Assembly (NCBI GenBank): GCA_951406725.2
Contig: OX597819.1
Coordinates: 9,114,001-9,178,000 of the forward strand
Direction: 5' to 3'
Source: Octopus vulgaris
Lineage: Eukaryota
DNA: 64,000 bases
Part shown: positions 43,001 through 56,300 of the stretch, piece after piece
Layout of the letters: each line of letters starts with the position of its first letter
How positions within the stretch are numbered: the stretch's first letter is position 1
Position numbers and translations under genes: made by a program
Notes under the pieces: generated by a model
Seen by the model: only the letters and a program-made list of their open reading frames with translations
Databases searched by the model: none
What the model was told of the DNA's origin: nothing

Positions 43001-46000
43001 TCTACAACATTTATAAGAACTCTTTCAATATAGAATAGCAGAATTAGAAAACAGAAATATGATGCAAGCTTACCTTGTTTTGCACAGTTCAATCTGCATG
43101 TACAGCCTGCCCATTTCTTCCCAGGCTTGACAAAACTTCACACAGTTTGGATGGTGGCGTAACTTCTCATGTTTGGCCACTTCTTCAAGTTTTCTTTTCC
43201 TGAGGAGAGGGAACATGGAAAACTTTTTTAAAAAAACATTCTTGAACTGAAATTTAGATATATACATTGCGAGGCGAGACAAATATCACCAGCTGACCGG
43301 TGTCCGCTAGTCTAGGCCGACGAAGGACAATCATCCTGAAACACGTGTCCCTAGATGCAGCCCCGGGCGGCCGGGGATGTTTGTCTCCCCTTCGTAAATG
43401 TATATAAGGACACAGGAAAAATGTGTCAAAGCCATCAGGAGGCGTCGATGCTTCCTTGGGCTATACAGCGGTGGTGTACCCCACTACTGTCACATTCGTG
43501 TTACATTGACAGTGTACAACCATTCTATCGCCCCACCACCGTACATGCCTCTACGAGAGATTTAGAAATTTAGTATTTCTGATTCTTGAACTGTATTATG
43601 GTTAAGATTAATCAAAAGATTTGGATAAACCAGTCTGTAATATAAACTAGCAGCGTTGCCCGGGTATGTAAGAGCCCCTAGTAGGCAACGACTAATCCCA
43701 ATCTAGTCCTTTCCCTCTAGGGAACGAAGGCGCATGTGTAGGTTGCAATGTCTTCTCTTCACTCGAATACTTCTTGTATACGATGTTCCTAGCTGTCCTT
43801 TTCGGCGATAAAAAGGTCAAGTTGTGTCCCCTAGACAGAAAATGTGTTGCATATAGAAAGCTTAGATTCTCGATCCCATGTCGAATTTATCGATTCTTTT
43901 CAGAACTGTGGGAACTTTTCAAAGTTTTCGCTGCGTTAGTTTTGAATTATGACATTGGGCTATGTGTGTGTCAAGTTTCATCAGAATCGGTTGAAGCCAT
44001 GGTCATTATGGTTAACCTGACAGATCACACAGATTTGGATAAACCAGTCTGTAATACAAATTAAGATAATTAAAGATAGAGAGATAATATCAAACAATAA
44101 CATTAACCAAGCAGATACTGTTAGGGCCAAAACATTTAGAAAGTAAGCATTAAGCATTATTCATGTATGATTAATGTTTTGGACATGTGACCATGTCCAA
44201 ATTTTACTACTTCCACGAGAATGTGATCCTGGGTCACATATGCTCAAATTGTCGGATTGAACAATAACTAGTTCTACATCATATTAAATTAGTTGACATC
44301 TAGGCACAGGTTCCAGGTTCAGTCCCACTGTGTGGCATCTTGGGCAAGTGTCTTCTGCTATAGCCCCGGGCCGACCAATGCCTTGTGAGTGGATTTGGTA
44401 GACGGAAACTGAAAGAAGCCTGTCGTATATATGTATATATATATATATGCGTGTGTGTGTGTTTGTCCCCCTAGCATTGCTTGACAACCGATGCTGGTGT
44501 GTTTACGTCCCCGTCACTTAGCGGTTCGGCAAAAGAGACCGATAGAATAAGTACTGGGCTTACAAAGAATAAGTTCCGGGGTCGATTTGATCGACTAAAG
44601 GCAGTGCTCCAGCATGGCCGCAGTCAAATGACTGAAACAAGTAAAAGAGAGTAAAGAGTATCTAGAAGCACAACAAAGAAATTTATTATCCTAACAATAC
44701 ATAGGCTAATAAAATCTACTGCTAGGTTTTAATCTCCAAGCCTCAAGATTTAAGTTATCCCTCAGTTTCAGGACATTGGGGTAATAACCATAACTTATTT
44801 GTAGGGTGAAAGATAAAAATAAGCTGAATGGGGTGGAGAATATGAACCAAAAGCAGTTCCAGATGAAGGGGTCTGGGATAAAAAAAAAGACTGGAATATT
44901 CATTTACTATAGGGATCTAAGCAGTGAGACGATGTAATGGCAAGGAAATGAAGATTCATCAAATATGATTAGTCACGTGTGCTTTTTTTACAAGAAGCAA
45001 GTTCAGAAAAACAGAGACTGTTGTTAGTAGCAACCGAGAGAGATATGGAGAGAAGAAACAAGGGTGGGCAAGTTCTTCCAATAATGAAGAGTGACTTACC
45101 GATCTGATTCTCCACGAAATGCTTCTCTAGACTTTTTAACAGCATAGTATTGACCATCTGCTTTGCTCCGAACTTTGTACACCTGAGAAGTAAAGCAGTA
45201 AGAGAATTTCATCATCATCATCATTTACACTAGCTGGACCCGTGAAAAATTCACGGAAAACATTAAAAATTGTAGGCATCTGTAAACAGTGTACTGGTGC
45301 CATGAGGAATGTTTGTATATTATGACCGTCTGTCTTTACGTTCTAAGTTCAAATTCTGCCGAGGTCAACTTTGGGCCAGGGTGCAAGCTTTATATAATAA
45401 TAGGACGGAGCAAATGAAAGCCAGGTATAACAAAATGAAGAATTGTGCAAAGAGGGTGGTTGTGAGATCTATGAGGAAGGAAGCTGAGGAGAGGTTGAGC
45501 GGGCTGGATGAGAACCCAGATAGTGTTTAGGTTTATTAAATCAATGAAAAATGATGGAAGAGATGTTGAGGGAGGAAGATGCAAGAGGGGGAGTGATGGA
45601 AGGTTGAATTTTAGTGAGAAGAAGGAGAGGGGAAGAGTTTGGAAGGAGCATATGGAGGGAATTATGAATGAGGAGAATGAACGGGATCAGAGGGTGGAAG
45701 TTGCTGTGATGAAGGGCCCAGTAGAGCAGGTTAGTTGGGAAGAAGTAGTGGAGGCAATGAAGGAAATGAAAGGAACAGGAAAGGCAGCTGGTCCATCGGA
45801 AGTAAGTGTGGAAATGATAACTGATAGGGATTATTGTGATGACGGAGCTCTGCCAGGGGATGCTGGATGGGAGGAGAATGCCAGATTATAAGGCACTAAG
45901 GGGAAGGGGGATGCGATGAGTTATGGGGTGTATAGAGGACTGAAGCTATTGGAGCATGCAATGAAGATAGTGTTGGAGAGGAGAATTCAGAAAGGGATGG

Positions 46001-49000
46001 ATGTGGATGAGATGCGATTTGGTTTTATGCCAGGAAGGGGGACAATAGATGCAGTGTTCATTGTAAGGAGATTGCAGGAGGAATACTGAGATACGGGGAA
46101 GGATAGGGTTCCAAGGAAGGCAACTGAGTGGGTACTGAGGAAGAGAGGTGTACTAGAGGTAGCAGTGAGAGCAGTTTGTATGAGGAGGTAAAGACAAGAG
46201 TGAGAATTGGATCAGAGTTGTGGGAGGAGCTTGTGGTGAAAGTTGGTGTGCATCAGGGATCTGTGTTGTCACCATTGTTATTTGCCCCCGGGCCGGTGGC
46301 ACATAAAAAGGACCATCCGATCATGGCCGTTGCCAGCTCCGTCTGGCACCTGTGCGGGTGGCACGTAAAAAGCACCCACTACACTCATGGAGTGGTTGGC
46401 ATTAGGAAGGGCATCCAGCCGTAGAAACACTGCCAGATCAGACTGGGCCTGATGCAGCCTTCTGGCTTCACCGACCCCAGTTGAACCGTCCAACCCATGC
46501 TAGCGTGGAAAACGGACGTTAAACGATGATGATGATGTTGATGTGGTGACAGAGAGTGCAAGAGAGGGATTGCTAATGGAGATACCGTACGCAGATGACC
46601 TTGTTTTGATGAGTGAGACGATGGAGGGATTGAGGGAGAAGTTTTGGAAATGAAAGGAGGCATTTGAAGGTAAACCTCGGGAAGACAAAGGTGATGGTGA
46701 GTGGGGTGGAAGGAGAAGTGAAAGGTGGATCCATGTAGTGTATGTGGAAGGAGGGTAATGGCAAATGTGTTGTGTACGAGATGTGAGAAATGGATTCAGG
46801 GTAGATGTACGAAAATGAAGAAGGTGACCCCTTGTGGAAGATATGAGAAAGAAGCTGGAGGGATGGCAGTCAGTGGAAACACTAGCCGACAAGGTGGAGA
46901 TGGTGAGAGGGTTTTGTTATTTGGGGAATAGGGGGGATGTAAAGCAGCTGTGACAGCAAGAGCAAGACTTGGCTGGGTGAAGTTCAGGGAATATGGAACA
47001 TTGTCATATGGGAAAAGGTTCTCATTAAAGGTGAAAGGAAGGGTCTATAAGAGTTGTGTGAGAGCTGCAATACTGTATGGGAGTGAGACATGGTGTTTGA
47101 GGGAGAGAGAGAGATGGCAATTTTGAGAAGGACTGACAGGGAAATGGTGAGTTGATAAGAGGAGAACTGAGGACTTGATGGGGATGCTGGGGTTGGAGGA
47201 ATCAGTGGAACGGCTGGCAAGGGCGAATGGAGTGCAGTGGTATGGGCATGTGCTGAGGAGAGATGAGGAGCATGTTCTGAAGAGGGTACTAGAGTTTGAG
47301 GTAAATGGACAGCAAAAGCAAGGTAGACCAAGGAAAATGTGGAGGGAACAGGTGGAGGAGGAAATTTGGAGGATTGGCTTGAGAAGGGAGGACACCCAAA
47401 ACCGGGCAAGAGGGTGTAAGGGCAGTTGCTATGGCATTCAAGTAGATCCAGCCACCCCCCATTAACTGGGACAAAACCCAGATTCAAAATGATGGATGAT
47501 GATGGTGATGATGATATGCACCTGTTTTCATCTACACACATGACCATACCAGGGCAGGCTTCTCTTGAGCACACTACATCTGATGCCTCTTATGCCCATA
47601 TTTTCTTGCTTTATTATAAAGTAAAAATACAAACCTCTCCAAATGAACCAGCTCCAATCTTTGAGACCACCTCAAAGCACTGATTGAAGTAAGGTTCCTT
47701 GTTATGTTCATCATAGTTTGGATTCAGTAAAGATAGACAAGATAAGGAATCAATTCTGGAAACATCATGGGAAAGATACAGACAGACATATGTAGTAAGA
47801 GTTGCATTTTTCTCAACAAACTTGTAAATTGGCAAAAATTAAGCGAAAATGAATTGGTATATTTTCAGGGACTGCTTCAGTGCCTGTAAGTACCCAAAAA
47901 AAAAAAAAAAAAAGTGGAGAAAGGAATAAAAATGACGCTGCTGTATCCCAGGAATCCTGATTGTCTGAGTTGTATTATCAATGCTTCACATCAGTTTTTC
48001 TGTGTGTACATGGCTCTTCTCCAACACAGCATACCCCTACTTGCTGCATTGACCTCCTCAGATCCCTTTTCACTACTACTCCCTATTTTTTTTGCAGGTT
48101 TCTTCTACTTGGATCGTGTGCATCAGCTCAGTCTTTTACAATTGCACTGCTCTCCTAAAACAAAAATATCTCCAGAGAGACCAAAGGGGTTTTTATGGAT
48201 CAAGTGCTTAACTCCAATTTCACAGCATGAAGCAGATGAAAAACACACTTCTCCCCAGAAAGTGTATAAATCTATTGTTTACAAGTAAAACTGCCACATG
48301 ATCCAGTCCCTATGGCTGAGAATTGGAACAAGCTGTTCTATCCATAGATACAAACAGATTCAAACTCGTGACCTATTAGTATATAGTCTTAATATCCACT
48401 GATGAATTTCACATTTACGCTACTAATAGAACTGGTCACTGTTTCTTTGTGTGGAGGCGCAATGGCCCAGTGGTTAGGGCAGCGGACTCGCGGTCGTAGG
48501 ATCGCAGTTTCGATTCCCAGACCGGGCGTTTTGAGTGTTTATTGAGTGAAAACACCTAAAGATCCACGAGGCTCCAGCAGGGGATGGTGGTGATCCCTGC
48601 TGTACTCTTTCACCACAACTTTCTCTCACTCTTACTTCCTGTTTCTGTTGTACCTGTATTTCAAGGGGCCGGCCTTGTCACTCTCTGTGTCACGCTGAAT
48701 ATCCCCGAGAACTACGTTAAGGGTACACGTGTCTGTGGAGTGCTCAGCCACTTACACGGTAATTTCACGAGCAGGCTGTTCCGTTGATTCGGATCAACCG
48801 GAACCCTCGTCGTCGTAACCGACGGAGTGCTTCCAAAAAGATGTTTATTTGTAGACACAGACTAGTTCTTCATGCAAGGATTAATTTGACATTTGAAGTT
48901 AGAATTGTAGGTATTCAATTTAAAGGATAAAGTTTATTTTTAAAAAAAGGGGCAGAACATATGAAATGAATATTATATTCATAAAACTAAAATATATATT

Positions 49001-52000
49001 AACAGTATTATAGCTACTAAACAGTTAACATGAGTACAACTAGCCACAGTATACATATCTGGATAATAGATGCTAAACAGTTTTGTACAACTAAGCATTG
49101 TATGTAATATTATTACATTAGTATTACAGATGTTGAAAAGTGACTTTTGAAAGGAAATTATTTACACATTTTCACATACAAAACTACAATTTCTGCAAAC
49201 ATTAAAAGGATATTGTTGTTTGTTTTATGGAATGATACAGGTAATGCTTTCTGTTGCAAACGAAGGGCAAATATTCGGCTGAATGGAGGTGCACTCTTCA
49301 CAGGAGGTTTTGGTGGCAATGAATCACGAGGTGTGCCCCTAGCCTGCAACAAGCAATGCAATAAATGGTTACACAGAAATACTAACAGCAGAAGCATGAC
49401 TTAACGAGTAGGTTTACTTAAATGATAATTCGGATACAAAAGACAATTCATAAAGATTGTTGTTACTTAGTCTTATCATCTTTAAACTCATGTTAAAAAG
49501 AATTTTAGCTGCAACCAGCCAATCGTTTTGCATAAGGGAAAGAGTGATTTGAAGAAGTGGTTTTTATTTCTAGCCAGTCAAACAACTGCACAGAGGTTCC
49601 TCTATTGGATCGATTTCTATAATCCCTTAATCGATTATCCCGAATTTACTCGTGCATCGCAAATGTATCTTTTTAGAACCAGACGAGTATCATCATTTAG
49701 CGTCCGCTTTCCATGCTAGCATGGGATGGACGGTTCAACTGGGGTCTGTGAAGCCAGAAGGCTGCATCAGGCCCAGTCTGATCTGGCAGTGTTTCTACGG
49801 CTGGATGCTCTTCCTAACACCAACCACTCCGTGAGTGTAGTGGGTGCTTTTTACGTGCCACCCGCACAGGTGCCAGATGGAGCTGGCAAACGGCCACGAA
49901 CGGATGATGCTTTTTATGTGCCACCGGCACGGGGGCCAGGCGAGGCTGGCAATGGCCACGATCGGATGGTGCTTTTCACGTGCCACCGGCACGGGGGCCA
50001 GGCGAGGCTGGCAACGGTCACGAACGGATGGTGCTTTTTACGTGCCACTGGCACAGGTGCCAGACGGAGCTGGCAAACGGCCACGGACGGATGGTGGTTT
50101 TTACATGCCAGCACTCAAACGAGTTTATTTGTTTTGTGTCGTTTCATTTTTGAGCAATCACGAATTTACTCGCCTTGTCGTACACCTGGCAACACATATT
50201 CTGGCGCCATTTCAAAGAATTTCTGCTTCTGAGTTTTGAACCATTACTTCGGTGCATTCTCAGATTCAGGAGGAGGTTGATGTCATTTTAGAACCGTCTC
50301 GTTTTGATTCTCTATTATTTATACAAATAAGAGAATTATTTACGCATTTTCTTCTTTCTCAAAACGGATGAAGATTTAGTTATATTCAGCGATCATGAAA
50401 GCGATTTTTCCTTTCATAATCTGGGAAGTTCTGGGGATGAATTAGACACATGGAGTTCAGACTCTGACAATGTTTCAGAAGATAATCAGATAGATGCACG
50501 TGCATGGCACGAAATCAACTGCTTGTCTGATTCGAAGAGAAAGCAAGTAGCTTGCTAACCAACCACATGGTTCTGGGTTCAGTCCCACTGCGTGGCATCT
50601 TGGGCAAGTGTCTTCTACTATAGCCTCGGGCCGACCAATGCCTTGTGAGTGGATTTGGTAGACGGAAACTGAAAGAAGCCTGTCGTATATATGTATATAT
50701 ATATATATGTATATATATATGTATGTGTGTTTGTGTGTCTGTGTTTGTCCCCCTAGTATTGCTTCACAACTGATGCTGGTGCGTTTACGTCCCCGTCACT
50801 TAGCGGTTCAGCAAAAGAGATCGATAGAATAAGTCCCGGGGTCGATTTGCAGTCAAATGACTAAAAGAACAAAAGAACTTGTGTGATGTCTGCAAGATAA
50901 CTTCTTGTTTTAAAAATTATCATTTTAAATAAACTGCCAATCTCATTTTTAAAAATATTTTTGATTTAAAAGCAATACATATAAAAAAAATCGAAGATCA
51001 TTAAGTTATGTGTATTTTTTCAATGTCTGAGTTAACTCGTTTAAATCCAAATGAGTAAAAGTACATTTTAATTTCTATAATAAAAAATAAAGGAAACAAG
51101 ATAAAAAAAAAAAAAACTTTTTTTTGTAATTAACACAGTGTATAAAATAAAAAAAGAAATAAAAAAAATATGCTCTGAAATGAAATGCCATGTCAAAATA
51201 ATTGATCCATTAACCCTTTTGTTACCAACCCATCTGAAACCGGTTCTGGCTCTGTTGTACAATTGTCTTGTTTTCTTAAGGTTTCAATTAAAATCTTCCA
51301 CCAAACCTTAGTCAAAATCTATGTTCCTAATACTAGCTTAATGATAAGTTATTTTACTAAATTCTTTGTTATATTTAAAGTAATTGAAAGAAACACAGAG
51401 CATCTCAAAATAAATACAGTAACGAAAGGGTTAAGGGGTTAAAGGAAGTTAAACAGAAATTGATATGGACTTCTTTGGATAAGGTAATTTAAATGGTAAA
51501 CAATTAGTGTCCGCACTGCTAACACAAGTGATTGAGCTTTTGAGAGTTGTTTTCTGCTAACAGGTTAACCAAAACATCTAACTAGCTCATGAATTTTCTC
51601 AATATCCCATAAGAATTAACTTTCCACATAACCCCACCAAAGTTAGTAAAATAATTACACATAAATAATCGTGAAAAAAATTCCTATTTATAATTAATGA
51701 CAATGAATTCTAAAAGATTTTGAATCAACTGTCCTAAAAAAGAAAAAAAAAATTACATTTATAGAAAATTAATTCAAAATATCCTCTAGACCAGTGCTTC
51801 TCAAACTATCTGATGTGGAATACCAGCAATTTTTTTTTTCCAATGGGCCAGAGACTGCTAATATTTCTTAGTAATATTAATTTATACCAGAAACAATATA
51901 TATAATGAATATAATAAAAGTTGACAATTTTTTTTTATCCCATATTTATTTTGCAAATAAATAATGCACTATTACATAAGCATTTTATAAGGTCCCTGTC

Positions 52001-53289
52001 TTTACTGGAAATTCGCCACATACCAGCAGCTGATGGCCCAAGGACTGGCACCTGTCCACAGACCACCACTTTGAGTAGCATTACTCACAATACATAGAGG
52101 GGGGGAAAAAAGAGTATCCAAAGAGTTTTCAACAATACCATTTTCAGATTTATGCCATCATAATAAGTTCAATATCCACTTTTCCATGCTTGCATTGGTT
52201 GGACGGAATTTATAGTGGAAGATTTTCTAGTCAGATGGCCTCATTGCCAACCCTCACATCTGCTCCTGACCAGACGTGCTTTCACAGAAGATTGGAAACA
52301 AAGGACACCAGTTGCTTGATGGTGACACTTGTTTACAGTTACCACTTGAAGTCAAGGCAAGGAGACATGAACACACACACACCAGGCTTCTTTCAGTTTC
52401 TATCAACTAAATTCACTCACAAGATTTTGGTCGGCTCCGCCCCATAGTCTTAATATCCACTTAAGTCTTAATATCCACTGACGAATTTCACATTTACGCT
52501 AATAAAACTGGTCACTGTTTATTTGTGTGGAGGCACAATGGCCCAGTGGTTAGGGCAGCGGACTCGCGGTTTCGATTTCCAGACCGGGCGTTTTGAGTGT
52601 TTATTGAGCGAAAACACCTAAAGCTCCACGAGGCTCTGGCAGGGGATGGTAGTGATCCCTGCTGTACTCTTTCACCACAACTTTCTCTCACTCTTACTTC
52701 CTGTTTCTGTTGTACCTGTATTTCAAAGGGCCGGCCTTGTCACTCTCTGCGTCACGCTGAATATCCCCGAGAACTACGTTAAGGGTACAAGAAGACACTC
52801 GCCAAAGCGCCAAGCAGTGAGACAGAACCTTGAACAAAGTGGTTGGGAAGCAAACTCCTTACCATATAGCCACGCCCGTCAAACTACGAGAAATAATTAT
52901 TTTGATCTTTACGCAGGTAAATAGGTAAATATCACGGTCAGGATTTCATGCTTAGTTTCGTTTTAGATTTTTATCCAAAATATGAGTAAAAAATATTTTC
53001 ATCAATAAATTTGGATCTTAACCAAAATGAAAATCTAAAAACAGCAATCTGTGACACGGAGAGATTTAGCCATTGTTTCAAGCAAATCAAGGATGTCCCT
53101 TGATTTGCTTCAAACAAAATGATAGGTGCAGGAGTGGCTGTGTGGTAAGTAGCTTGCTAACCAACCACATGGTTCCGGGTTCAGTCCCACTGCGTGGCAT
53201 CTTGGGCAAGTGTTTTCTGCTATAGCCCCGGGCCGACCAATGCCTTGCGAGTGGATTTGGTAGATGGAAACTGAAAGAAGCCTGTCGTA

Positions 53290-53336
<47 letters not shown>

Positions 53337-56300
53337 TTGTCCCCCTAGCATTGCTTGACAACCGATGCTGTTGTGTTTACGTCCCCGTCACTTAGCGGTT
53401 CGGCAAAAGAGACCGATAGAATAAGTACTGGGCTTACAAAGAATAAGTCCCGGGGTCGATCTGGTCGACTAAAAAAAGGCGGTCCTCCAGCATGACCGCA
53501 GTTAAATGACTGAAACAAGTAAAAGAGTATGACGATGATGATATGCACCTGTTTTCATCCATACACATGACCATACCAGGGCAGGCTTCTCTTGTGCACA
53601 CTACATCTGATGCCCCTTATGCCCAAATTTTCTTGCTTTACTTCCTCGCTGACAGCCTTCACACAGCAATTTTACTACCGGCCAGCTGGGTTTCTTTCAA
53701 ATCACATCTTACCATCTTAGATAAGTGGAACACTATGAAAAATGTGGTATGAGTGTAAACTGTAGTTGGAGTGAAACAAAATATAAAAAAAGAATAGGTC
53801 CACTTGGCCAGAGCTCGTTTGAAGTAGAGTAAATGAATTTAGTTGTGGTGCACTCTCTTTTACTTGTTTCAGTCATTTGACTGCGGCCATGCTGGAGCAC
53901 AGCCTTTAATCGAGCAACTCGACCCCGGGACTTATTCTTTTGTAAGCCCAGTACTTATTTTATCGGTCTCTTTTGCTGAACCGCTAAGTGACATAAACAC
54001 ACCAGCATCAGTTGTCAAGCAATGCTAGAGGACAAACACAGACACACACACGCATATATATATATATATACATATATACATACGGGCTTCTTTCAGTTTC
54101 CGTCTACCAAATCCACTCACAAGGCTTTGGTTGGCCCGAGGCTATAGTAGAAGACACGCAGTGGGACTGAACCCGGAACCATGTGGTTGGTAGACAAGCT
54201 ACACACAGCCACTCCTGCGCATATATACACTGTATACAATAATTTCATTATATATAGATGGTAAACAGCATTACAATAACAAATGTACGAAAACAAGTGC
54301 GAATCTGATTCCAAATAGGATTAAGAAAACAGCTGGCATTGAATTGGCAAACGTTTGTCATGATGACACCTCTTGAATATTTCCTATCACAAACAAAAAC
54401 AAAACATATGTTCCAACGAACCCCACGCAACCAAATATTAGGAAATTTGGGACAGAAATAAGAGCTTCGGCCCAGAAACCTCAAATACCTTCCTTCCAAG
54501 TTCAAACTCCGAATTTGTCTTTTCCTTTGTGGACGATAAAGACAGGCTGGATCGACTTCACTCTTCCTTACAAGTTTTCTCTTATGCCATTGTAAAAATC
54601 AATATTTGTATTGTAGAAACCACGAATATGATGTACTTTGGGTAAACAAATCTTGTCATTGACCAGTAATCAAGAGTCGGGGATTTTGTTTTTCTTGTAG
54701 GAATTAAGAAAAATGGAACTCAAATGTTTCAACTTGTATCACTATATAGGCAATCGGAAGGGAATTCAGCATCCTAAGGGGGAGGGTTAAACGCTGTTGC
54801 GCCGTATTCACAACGAAATTAGCATCGTTGTGGACGCTAAAGAAAATTTCCACCTCACTATATTGAGGTAAATGGAAAAAAGATACACAACTTAATGTTT
54901 ATAGTTTACAGAAATATTTCTTTTGATCCTCTTTGACTGTAAAGCAATGACTGGTAATTCGCATCTTCCAAATGTCGTCCGCAGACAATGCTCAACCCTA
55001 ATAGAGTAAACTTCTGAGGCATTCCAACCACGACTGTCCCATCTTTTTCATACGCACTATTCACACATTTTTACAAATCTACACTTTCATTTTTTTAACG
55101 TGATTCAAAGCAGATTTGGTTGCTATTTCTAGCAGGTCAAGTGACCGCCTAGACGTTCCCTCGTTGGTTACAGGCAGTTAATATAAACCCATCGGTGTCA
55201 TGAAACAAGGGGTAACTGGTGGCAACAAGAGTTGTGGGTGTGTCACAAATTAAGGTTTAGCAAAGCTAAAAAAACCAAAATGTTACCCCACCAGCAGAAC
55301 AGCTCTATAAAGGCGGGAACCACTCCTACTTAGAAGTGTCAAAAAGTTGCTCTAGACTTTTCAAGAATCCAAGATTATTTCTCAAATACAGTTTTTTTTT
55401 CCCTTCTTTCCCATTAATAGGATTTAGTCAATAATCTTCCAGAAATTGAAATTAATATCTGAGCAAGGCCAAGGTCATTTTGGAGAAATAAGCTCTTTTA
55501 AAAGTTTGTTTATATATAACATTTTCAGAACTTTTTACAAAATTCAAAAAATTTAAATCGTAAACTTGTAGAGACTAATTAAAGCGTTAGCAGACACTAC
55601 TTTCCAAGAGCCTGGGTTTGGAGAATGACGGAATATGTAGGAACCTAACATCATAACATTTATTCTAAAGGTAAAAAGAAAAAAAGGAAAAGGTGGAAAC
55701 ATTCCTTTACAATTAATTACTGACATGAAATTTCTTTAATCAAAACGTTGTTTCTCTGTAGTAAATAGTAAGAGTTTCTTAAGCATTTAATCAATCTCTT
55801 TTCTTTTCTACAAATATATTATGACCAGCCTAATAGGCACAGGAGTGGCTGTGTGGTAAGTAGCTTGCTTACCAACCACATTGTTCCGGGTTCAGTCCCA
55901 CTGCATGGCACCTTGGGCAAGTGTCTTCTGCTATAGCCCCGGGCCGACCAATGCCTTGTGAGTGGATTTGGTAGACAGAAACTGAAAGAAGCCTGTCGTA
56001 TATATGTATATATATACATAAGTGTGTGTGTTTGTGTTTGTCCCCCTAGCATTGCTTGACAACCGATGGTGGTGTGTTTACGTCCCCGTCACTTAGCGGT
56101 TCGGCAAAAAGAGACCGATAGAATAAGTACTGGACTTACAAAATGAATAAGTCCCGGGGTCGATTTGCTCGACTAAATGCGGTGCTCCAGCATGGCCGCA
56201 GTCAAATGACAGAAACAAGTAAGAGAGTAAAAGAGTCTCCTCAAAACTGGATTTGTCAACTTAACATTATTCTGAAGAAATAAATATAAGCTGAGGTGGA

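Noticed and set aside
47810-47884. Extra PKMYT1 exon after the strong poly-T...TACAG acceptor near 47885
   Set aside because: All three frames reach a stop within ~70 nt, I found no convincing donor, and there is no Myt1 similarity.
49401-51045. piggyBac-derived element with an acidic transposase-like N-terminal remnant (~50370-50535)
   Set aside because: Termini only loosely match and there is no catalytic domain; too weak to call.
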